Shown one piece after another: positions 18,590 to 26,147 of a stretch of DNA of 64,000 nucleotides. Position numbers and translations under genes: made by a program. Under the pieces are notes generated by a model, which did no database searches, was not told the origin of the DNA, and was given only the letters and a program-made list of their open reading frames with translations. Positions within the stretch are counted from its first letter, which is position 1; every line of letters starts with the position of its first letter. Origin of the DNA: Candidatus Latescibacterota bacterium. GTDB lineage: Bacteria; Latescibacterota; UBA2968; UBA8231. The stretch lies in contig OZ242214.1 in assembly GCA_965206595.1 (NCBI GenBank), positions 2,272,001 through 2,336,000 on the forward strand, given 5' to 3'.

Positions 18590-18781
18590 ATGGCTGACGA
18601 GAGCGTTACTACCGAAGATCACTCTGTCAAGGAAATCGTCAAGGCTATCAACAGTCTTGAAGCGACCATCAAATTACAGCACCTACAGAGCCTCAAGCTA
18701 ATGAGACAAATAGACAGGGCGTTAAGGAGACAAAGGAATCAGCGAGGAATAGTTAATGATCTACGCATCGGGATCGATTAG
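18590..18781 (+). CDS. Small hypothetical protein
   Basis: Strong RBS AAGGAG upstream of the ATG; 63 aa; low GC. Confidence 0.55.
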   Translation: MADESVTTEDHSVKEIVKAINSLEATIKLQHLQSLKLMRQIDRALRRQRNQRGIVNDLRIGID

Positions 18782-18786
18782 CTCTT

Positions 18787-19152
18787 TCATTCTTCCTGTT
18801 CGGGTATGTCATTTATGAATAGGGCTATATCATTTGCCATTTGTATCATATCATTTCTCAGCCACGGGGCATGTTTCAGTAATTCCAATCGGCCGTCGGC
18901 GGTTTTGATCGGGCCCCCTCCCCTGTCATCTGGAAATCTGGCAGCTTCCCCACGACAATCTAAAAAGATCGTCTCGGCGATGAGCTGCAAAGTCAGTTCC
19001 TTTTCCAATTCCCTTTTTCTCTGTTGATATTTTTTCGAAAACACCGAAGCTACCTTTACGCCGAAGCCATCCTCGATTTCTTGCCATACTCCCTCCTCGC
19101 AGAAACTTTCGAAGATGGAACGAGGCAATTGTGGTGAATTGGCGCTCATCAT
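18787..19152 (-). CDS. Hypothetical protein
   Basis: RBS AAGGAG before ATG 19152; ~120 aa; convergent with the previous ORF. Confidence 0.55.
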   Translation of the reverse strand: MMSANSPQLPRSIFESFCEEGVWQEIEDGFGVKVASVFSKKYQQRKRELEKELTLQLIAETIFLDCRGEAARFPDDRGGGPIKTADGRLELLKHAPWLRNDMIQMANDIALFINDIPEQEE

Positions 19153-19772
19153 GATTCTCCTTGAGTTGGACATTTGTGGAACGCGCCCTCCTGCGGTGGA
19201 CACCCAGGGGGGCGTTAGTGCTCAGGTATTAGCCTCTGGCTTTCCTCAGGGCCACGTTGGTGTGTACAACTGTCTGCGGGGACTCTCCCCGCTTCATTGC
19301 TTTATCTTCCCAGAAAAAACCATAGCGTCGATCAGGGCTTGAAGTTCCGCCCTAAGGGCCTTCTTGCTCTCTGCGCTCACCACTTCTGTCGGTTGGGTTT
19401 TCCGAAATCGAACTCTGGATTAGCGTAAAAGCTCCAGTTGCCGATCCGTTTACCCATCTCCCAATCTTCGGGGGCGAAAACCGAGCCCACTGAGATGGTC
19501 ACGGTGACATCGTGGTCGACGCCATTCTCACTTCTGGCGATTTTGATCTTCATGCGCTTTTCTCCAGATCAGTATGCGAAAAAAGTGCTCCCCCGATCCG
19601 AGGGTTGCCCACCACTGTAGACCGGGGGAGCGGTTCGAAAGGGCCGTAGCCCTCTTTCAGGGAGGGGTCGAGAGTCCCTCCCAAGCTACTTCTGATCTTC
19701 TTGCCGGGCGCCGGCACAAGGGGCTCGGGAATTTCCCAAGGGAATCATCCCCCTCGCGCCGGCATCGTACGC

Positions 19773-20660
19773 CTACTCTGACCTGTCGGCGGTCTTCAGG
19801 CGGGCCCATGTGGTGGTCTCGACGGCGGTCTGTTCGGGCCCCAGCAGGATGGCATCTACGAAGCTATCAGCTCCCTCTACTCCCTCTGTTACTGCATTAG
19901 GATCATACAGGTAGAACTGGCCAGCTTTGGTATCGTCATGGTCCCAGTCAAATACTACTATGCTGAATCCAATGATCTGGCCGGGCTCGAATGATGAAAT
20001 CACGACTTCCTCAGGCCCCAGGGAGAACATATCGTCGAAGGCGGTGACGTAGAACTCGACCGTCCAGAAGATCGGGTTTTCTCCGAGCACCGTGCCGCTG
20101 CCGAGTGCGTAGGGTTCGGCGGTCGTCCATGACCGGTTGAGGTTAAACGGTAGAGCCACCAGACGGTAATTCTGTTCTGAGTATGATGTGGCCTCATAGT
20201 ATTGCGCTTGGGCCTGGTCTCTCAGGTCTAGCTCTGAGGTGCTGCTCGTTATGGGGAAAGAGAACCGCCCCCCGGAGTGGTCTCCATCCACCATCAGGGA
20301 AATGTGATCATTGAAGTAATGGATTCCGTCATGCACGTCCCTACTTCGGTACACGTCATCGGCGGCTTCTGCGGCTACGTAGATTTTGCCGCCATCGGCC
20401 CACGCCATCCAGATGCGGAAATCCAGATTGGCAGGATCGTATTCGCTGTAGGACATGAGCTGATGAGCAAACATCGTGAAGTCGAGCGCCGTAAACGTGG
20501 GCTCTCCGAACAGGTCTTTCCAGTCAGTCAGGTCGCCGTCCAGCTCGATGGTAGCCAGATTGTCTGCAGAGAGGTAGGGGATGGAGAATACCCGGTCTCC
20601 TGTGTGCGCAACGGCTGCCAACGGTAGCCAGATGGAGAGCAGTACGGCGAGCAGTCTCAT
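19773..20660 (-). CDS. Secreted CBM9/DOMON-like sugar-binding protein with C-terminal TAVETTTWARLK tail
   Basis: Signal peptide; 'IELDGDLTDW', 'YDPANLDFRIWMAW', 'YVAAEAADD', 'DGDHSGG'. Confidence 0.7.
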   Translation of the reverse strand: MRLLAVLLSIWLPLAAVAHTGDRVFSIPYLSADNLATIELDGDLTDWKDLFGEPTFTALDFTMFAHQLMSYSEYDPANLDFRIWMAWADGGKIYVAAEAADDVYRSRDVHDGIHYFNDHISLMVDGDHSGGRFSFPITSSTSELDLRDQAQAQYYEATSYSEQNYRLVALPFNLNRSWTTAEPYALGSGTVLGENPIFWTVEFYVTAFDDMFSLGPEEVVISSFEPGQIIGFSIVVFDWDHDDTKAGQFYLYDPNAVTEGVEGADSFVDAILLGPEQTAVETTTWARLKTADRSE

Positions 20661-21604
20661 GGGGCCGTTCTTTTCTCTATGATCCTGTCTGACAGGAAGC
20701 AGATGCCTCGTGGCGACCAGTGCGGGAATAGGTCCGCCCCTTCTGCATCGGTAAGCCGGCGCACTCCTGAGCCGTCCGCGAGGGCTCGGTAGACAGAGGG
20801 GCTGCCGTCTTCGCGGTCTGACACGAAGGTCAGCTCACGGCCGTCCGGTGACCACGATGGATCCTGGTCAGCCGCCGGGTGGTTGGTGATGTTGCGCACG
20901 TCGGTCCCATCTGCCTTCATGACGAGAATTTTGGAATTGCCATCACGGATCTGCTGCAAGGCGAATTGGCTGCCGTCCGGAGACCATGCGGCATTGAGGA
21001 CGAAATTCACGTCGGCGTCGAAATCGAATGTGTCATGCGGGCTGGCCGCCAGCCCGTCGGTTTTCCAGACGTGAAGGCTCCATTCGTGGCCGATCCCGGC
21101 CGTGAAGGCGATGCGATCCCCTGAGGGTGACCAGGACGGCATCCCGATGTACGGGGTTGTCCCGTTGGTCAGGTTGACGGTGACCTGACGGGCTATGTCG
21201 ATGACGTAGAGGTCGTTCTGGCTGACCGCCTTGGAGCCGGGCGGCTGCGCTACGAACGCGACCCTGTTGCCGCTGAAGGCCAGAGACCGGATGCCGCGCA
21301 GCTCAGAGGAGATCTGCACGAACTGGATGGTGCTCTGCTGATCATCGTAGATGCCGAGCTGTGCGCCCGGGTGGTTGTGCCCGGCGGTATCGGGTACGGA
21401 GAGGAATACCATCCGGTCGTCTGTTCCCCACGTCAGGCCCGTGATGTTTCCGGGGCCGTCTGCGATCAGCCTGACGTTAGAGCCATCGGCGTCCATCAGG
21501 GCGATGGCGCCGTCTGCCATGTGTGCGGCTCCCGGCCGCACGGCCAAAATGAAAAAAACGCCGCAGAGCACGAGGCCCTGCGGCGTCCTGAAGACGGTCA
21601 GCAT
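20657..21604 (-). CDS. TolB-like (PD40/WD40-like) beta-propeller protein
   Basis: Repeats PSWSPSGDRIAF, AAWSPDGSQFA, PSWSPDGRELTF, PHWSP. Start overlaps the stop of the upstream peptide gene. Confidence 0.85.
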   Translation of the reverse strand: MLTVFRTPQGLVLCGVFFILAVRPGAAHMADGAIALMDADGSNVRLIADGPGNITGLTWGTDDRMVFLSVPDTAGHNHPGAQLGIYDDQQSTIQFVQISSELRGIRSLAFSGNRVAFVAQPPGSKAVSQNDLYVIDIARQVTVNLTNGTTPYIGMPSWSPSGDRIAFTAGIGHEWSLHVWKTDGLAASPHDTFDFDADVNFVLNAAWSPDGSQFALQQIRDGNSKILVMKADGTDVRNITNHPAADQDPSWSPDGRELTFVSDREDGSPSVYRALADGSGVRRLTDAEGADLFPHWSPRGICFLSDRIIEKRTAP

Positions 21605-21840
21605 CAATCTGTGCAGTGACAGTAGTTCGGGGTACCGCCGCAGCAGGAGTCCGCACCGTTGTGACCGACCATGACGCAGCTCCACTGACAAAAGCCGATT
21701 GGATTGTCCTGGGTCATGCACGGGCCCAGGCTGTGCCAAGGATAATGGGTCTCTCCTTCGACCGGAGGCCATGCACTGAGGCTAACGGCGCCTAATGCCA
21801 TCACGGCCACAGTTCCTACGGCTATAAAGACACGTCGCAT
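21604..21840 (-). CDS. Secreted Cys-rich defensin-like (CS-alpha-beta pattern) peptide
   Basis: RBS AGGAAGG, signal peptide, and a mature region with C-x9-CQWSC-x10-CC-x6-CHC. Confidence 0.7.
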   Translation of the reverse strand: MRRVFIAVGTVAVMALGAVSLSAWPPVEGETHYPWHSLGPCMTQDNPIGFCQWSCVMVGHNGADSCCGGTPNYCHCTD

Positions 21841-21908
21841 TATCTGATCCTTCCTGTTTAGAGGTTTTGAGGGTACGTACTTCTCGTCACGTTCGTGAGC
21901 TTACAGCC

Positions 21909-22156
21909 CTAGTCCCAACACCAGCACTTGTCGGGTTCGTTGGTCGAGACGCAGCAGTGGTGGTCGCCATCTTCAGGATTTACAGGTGGCCATCCATGAC
22001 ACAGCTCCACTGACAATAGCCGGTAGGATTGCTGTAGTCGCCGCAGTTCCAGTAATGCCATCCTTCGCTATCGGCATTGGTCGGACTCGACGTAGCGGTA
22101 GTCAGGCCGAAGCCCAGACCTACGGCCACGCCGACGATCAACAGAAAACGCTTCAT
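21909..22156 (-). pseudogene. Second defensin-like peptide, frameshifted near 21980 (possibly a sequencing indel)
   Basis: MKRFLL… signal peptide, then 'NCGDYSNPTGYCQWSCVMDGH'. The shifted frame continues 'NPEDGDHHCCVSTNEPDKCWCWD*', matching the paralog's Cys pattern. Confidence 0.7.
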
Positions 22157-22245
22157 GCGGGTACTCCTTCCTTGAGGTGTGGGGAACATTACGAACGAAG
22201 AAACAAACAGCAATTACGAAGCCCTACTCCTTCCCGTCAGGGCTT

Positions 22246-23037
22246 CTATCTGGTAGCTTTGACCTCGCCCCATGTCTGGTGGAGAACGGCGGTTTCGCCC
22301 GGACTCAGCAGCAGGGCCCTGACGGCGGTAGAAGCATCCTCAGGCGCCAGATTGAACCACGTATTTCTTCTGTCGTGATCGTCAACGTCGACTACTCTCA
22401 GGACCAGATCGACCTCGTCTCCGGCGGCCAAGTCCGTGATGACACTTTCGTTTCTGACACGCTCACGTTCACGCATAACAGGCGAAGTAGCGTCTGCCAG
22501 CAGCACATCAAAAGACGTGAAGAAGAACTCAATCCCCCATGTGGCAGGCGTCTGCTCTGCCCGGACGGCATCGGCGAATGGCGGATGTGCGCTCCACCGG
22601 GCAATGCGTTTGCCTACTGCCGGGAACGACTGGATGAGTATCCCGGCCGGCCGGACGGCATACATGTGGGTAAACATCACTTCGCGGCTGTCCGGCGTTA
22701 CCGCAATGACCAGACCGTCCGCTTGTACGAAAAGCGGGCTGCCATCATCCCGGATGAGATCGTCCGTAAAGGTCGCCGCCACGAAGATGCGCCCTGGCGG
22801 GCTCCACCCGAGCCAGATGCGGAAATCCAGATTCTCGGGATCGTACTCATCACGCGGATGACCCTCCGGAATGCGGAAATCTGACGCCGTCAGTAAGGGC
22901 GGGCCCAGAAGATCAGACCAGTCGTCCAGCTCGCCATCCAGCTCGATTTGATCCTCCTGTACGTACGGGATCGGAACTGCACCGTCAGCCGGGATGACCA
23001 GCAGCAAGGTCGCGAATGCCATGAGGTAGTAGCGCAT
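22246..23037 (-). CDS. Secreted CBM9/DOMON-like protein with C-terminal TAVLHQTWGEVK tail (paralog of 19773..20660)
   Basis: Own RBS GAGGA and ATG 23037 with a signal peptide; 'IELDGELDDW', 'YDPENLDFRIWLGW'. Confidence 0.7.
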   Translation of the reverse strand: MRYYLMAFATLLLVIPADGAVPIPYVQEDQIELDGELDDWSDLLGPPLLTASDFRIPEGHPRDEYDPENLDFRIWLGWSPPGRIFVAATFTDDLIRDDGSPLFVQADGLVIAVTPDSREVMFTHMYAVRPAGILIQSFPAVGKRIARWSAHPPFADAVRAEQTPATWGIEFFFTSFDVLLADATSPVMRERERVRNESVITDLAAGDEVDLVLRVVDVDDHDRRNTWFNLAPEDASTAVRALLLSPGETAVLHQTWGEVKATR

Positions 23038-23252
23038 GGGGCTATCCTCCTCTGAAGGGGTAGGGGCCGGGAAGGTACTCGTTACTCGTTTACCCGCTGG
23101 ATACACAATAGGACCGCGCCGGGGCGTATGGCTGGCTTTCCCCAATCTCCGGCGCGGCGAAACAGGCCGAAGGGTATCCGCCCCGGCCCTGAACGGCTGT
23201 CTATTCTGCTTTGTCGGCGTCGGGTCGGTTGTGCTTGCGGAGCGAGGGGTCA

Positions 23253-24528
23253 GCGCCATCATGGCGCACAAGGTGACCATCTGGTTGGCGAGCAAGCGCC
23301 GGGTGGGGATCAGGTCCAGCCCGGCCTGTTGCTTGGCCTCCCCGAAGACCCCTTCCTGAGCGCCGCGCCCCCCGTGAAAGAGGACGACGTTACCTGCCGA
23401 GGTCGTTTTGTTGGTCACCACGACCCGGTAGTCATGGTCGAATTGTCGAGGTTGAAACAGATCCAGCTGCAACGGTTGCTTGGTCTGTCGTTTGACCCTG
23501 CGGCGCACGAAGACAAACCGATACGAGGCCGCCCAGCTTGCCGGTTTCCACGCACTTTCGAAATAGGACCGTTCCTTGTCCAGATAGCGCCAGCGTTTTC
23601 GTGACTCGACCTTGTGCTTGAGCTCGGGGAAGCGTTCGAAGGGCACGCTGAGGGTGTACTCGGCGCCATACAAATCCAGGAGGGTGAGGGTGTGTTGGCT
23701 GAAGAAGGCGCTGTCCAGACGGGCCTCGAGCACGGGGTGGGTACCCAGGGCGCCGACCCGGTCGAAGGTGTCCATCATGAACTCATGACCCCCCTTGCTG
23801 TCATGGACATTGCCGGGACGGTGCAGGACATCGAGAAATTGCCCGGTTTGGGCCACGGTGCAAAACAGGTTGTAGTAACTGCGGGCCCCCTTCCTTTTGG
23901 GGTTGTAGCCGACGGCGGTACCTTCGGCATGAGCGCGCGTGGATACCACCGACCCGTCGAAGTCGAGGGTCAGACGAGGCAACTGCTCACGCTGGAGCGC
24001 ATGTATCACCAGGGTCGAGGACAGCTGGCGCACGTGGGCCCCATTCGAGGGGCTCAGGGACGCCAGGGTGCGACTGATGGTGGCCACGTCCGGTAGCCGA
24101 CGCAATCCCAACAAGCGCTGCACCACCGGATCGTCCCGGTAGTAGTCCACGTCTCGCAAGCGCCGGAAACCTAATAGTAGATGTACGACGAGCAGCAACA
24201 CAACGACATGGGGACCGAAGATCGCCGAGCCCTTGGCGGGACGGAAGCAGTGCTTCAATCGGGCTTTCAGGTTAAGCCGCTGAAACAGCAGCAAAAAGAC
24301 GATCGCTCCGGCAAAGGAAGTAAGTTGTTGATCTTCGAAACGAAGTCGGGGAAGCTTGTAAAAACGGGCAAAAACCGCTTGTTTGCTGTACTTCACTTGC
24401 GGTGTCCTCCAGGAATGGGGTCGATAATGTTTTGGTCAATATCATCGATACCCAATTCCCAGAGGCGCCGCAAGTGACTATGTGCTCAAGCAGCAGGGGA
24501 AATAGCCCACTTTTATGCAACCAGAGGG
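23253..24528 (-). mobile_element. IS1380-family element, 3'-truncated (transposase from GTG 24396)
   Basis: 'LTSFAG', 'LTLDFDGSV', 'GYNPKRKGARSYY', 'RPGNVHDS', 'RLDSAFF', 'RGAQE..F.E.K'. The probable left end CCCTCTGGTTGCATAAAA interrupts the IS4 transposase. Confidence 0.85.
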
Positions 24529-25051
24529 TATACATGGCGCCCGGTTCCAACACCAAGTGGTCGAGGAGATTGACATCGTGCGTTTTTCCCTCTGTAATGC
24601 GTAGGCAGCAGGGGATGTTGCCGCGCAGGTCCATCAAGGTGTGCAGCTTGATGGCGGCCTTGCGCTGACGAAAGCGGGCCCAAGGAAACAGGGAAAGACA
24701 CAGATCGATGGTGCTGGAATCGAAGACGTAGGCGGTCTGCTCGAGTTGGACTCCAAAGTCGTCTTGGCTGTATAGCTTGCGGGCGTGGCCAATGAGCACC
24801 TGAGCGAAGTCGGCGTAGATGCGCCAGTCCCGGTTTCTCGTTGGCCCGGGCCAAGGCGCTCGAAGGCAGGTTTCGATGTCTCGCAGGCTCTCGCGACCGG
24901 TCAGTTGGGCAAAGGCCATACAGAGAAACTGATCCAGACAGGAGAAGCGTTGCACCTTGTGCTGGCCCCGGTAGCGCTGAACACAGCGACGAAACGCGGG
25001 CAACGGGAAGAATTCCATGAGCTGTGAAAAGACGAAGCGTCCGCAGTACAT
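24529..25051 (-). pseudogene. IS4-family (DUF4372-type) transposase, N-terminal fragment with internal deletion
   Basis: 'FVFSQLM…FSCLDQFLCMAFAQLTGRESLRDIE…DSSTIDLCLSLFPWARFR…KLHTL', ending at 'EPGAMY'. Confidence 0.9.
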
Positions 25052-25246
25052 GGGCCGTTCCTTGTGAAGGATCGAGGAGGAGAAGGCCCGAAATAACGAG
25101 ACGGTTTCAAGTCGATTCCATCGACGAAATTATGTAAAACCAACAAAACCAATGAGTTACGAAAAATTCCTCAGCCAACAGCGGGACAGTAGTGATATCG
25201 GATACCAAATCTGCGCTGGAGCCTTGCAGGTTTCAGGGAATGTCTG

Positions 25247-26116
25247 ATGGCGAAGACAACTGAAAGGCAGCTGTCGTTCAGCGCCCACAGCCTGCAGGCC
25301 TACGTCGATTGCGCGCGGCGTTTCGAGCTCACCTACCTCGAGCAGCTCAAGTGGCCGGCCGTGGAGAGCGAGCCGCCGCTGGAGAGCGAGCGCCACATGG
25401 CATACGGACGCCGTTTCCACGAGATGATCCACCGCGACGTGCTGGGGATCCGGGTGCCGGAGCCGGATGCCGGACGCGACCCGGACATCGCCCGCTGGTG
25501 GAGGAACTACCAGGCGCGGCGGCCGGCGGACGTTCCGGGGGAACGATTCGCCGAGAAGAGGCTGGTCGGATCGATCGGCGAGCATACTCTCGTGGCGACG
25601 TGCGATCTGATCGCAATAGGGGACGGCGAGGCAGCAGGCGGTCCGGCGACGGGACAGGCGTCGCCTCGCGTCCGCATCTTCGACTGGAAGACCTGGCGCC
25701 GGCGGCATACGAGGGCGTGGCTGGCTGAGCGGCTGCAGACACGGGTCTATCCGTACCTGCTGGCGCAGGCCGGTGCCGGGATCGCCGGGGGCCAGTCCCT
25801 GAGTCCGGGGGAAATCGAGATGGTCTACTGGTACTCGGATTTCCCGGACGATCCCGAGGTGTTCACCTACAGCGACTCCCGGCACAGCGAGGACGAGACC
25901 TACCTGGGCGGTCTCGTCGACGAGATCCAGGCTCGCGACGGGGGTGGCGAGTTCGAGCTCACTGCGGACGAGAAGAAATGCGCGTTCTGTGTCTACCGGT
26001 CTTTCTGCGGCCGCGGCGATGTGGCCGGTCAGCCGGATGAGGGGAATCTCGAACGCGAGGAAGAGGCGGTTTCGCCGTTGGGCGATCTCGACGACTACGA
26101 GTCGATCGCGTTCTGA
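25247..26116 (+). CDS. Stand-alone PD-(D/E)XK nuclease (RecB/AddB/Cas4-like) with predicted 4Fe-4S staple
   Basis: 'FSAHSLQAYVDCARRF', 'G..FH', 'CDLI…IFDWKT', 'Q..VY', C-terminal CAFCVYRSFC. Confidence 0.85.
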   Translation: MAKTTERQLSFSAHSLQAYVDCARRFELTYLEQLKWPAVESEPPLESERHMAYGRRFHEMIHRDVLGIRVPEPDAGRDPDIARWWRNYQARRPADVPGERFAEKRLVGSIGEHTLVATCDLIAIGDGEAAGGPATGQASPRVRIFDWKTWRRRHTRAWLAERLQTRVYPYLLAQAGAGIAGGQSLSPGEIEMVYWYSDFPDDPEVFTYSDSRHSEDETYLGGLVDEIQARDGGGEFELTADEKKCAFCVYRSFCGRGDVAGQPDEGNLEREEEAVSPLGDLDDYESIAF

Positions 26117-26147
26117 GCAGACCACCTGACCGCCGAAGTTTGCGTCC

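Larger units (their letters stand above)
17365..25194 (-). mobile_element. IS4-family element expanded to 7.83 kb by nested insertions
   Basis: Perfect 13-bp terminal IRs CACTACTGTCCCG (17365-17377) and CGGGACAGTAGTG (25182-25194), a 9-bp TSD, and transposase halves at both ends. Confidence 0.9.

Noticed and set aside
22246-24396. 716-aa apparent IS1380 transposase-CBM9 fusion ORF
   Set aside because: Chance in-frame read-through. The transposase is truncated at ~23253, the linker looks non-coding, and the downstream gene has its own RBS, ATG (23037) and signal peptide.
25247-26116. Cas4-like nuclease suggesting CRISPR-Cas
   Set aside because: No cas1/cas2 or repeat-spacer array anywhere in the window; the context is helicases and recJ.
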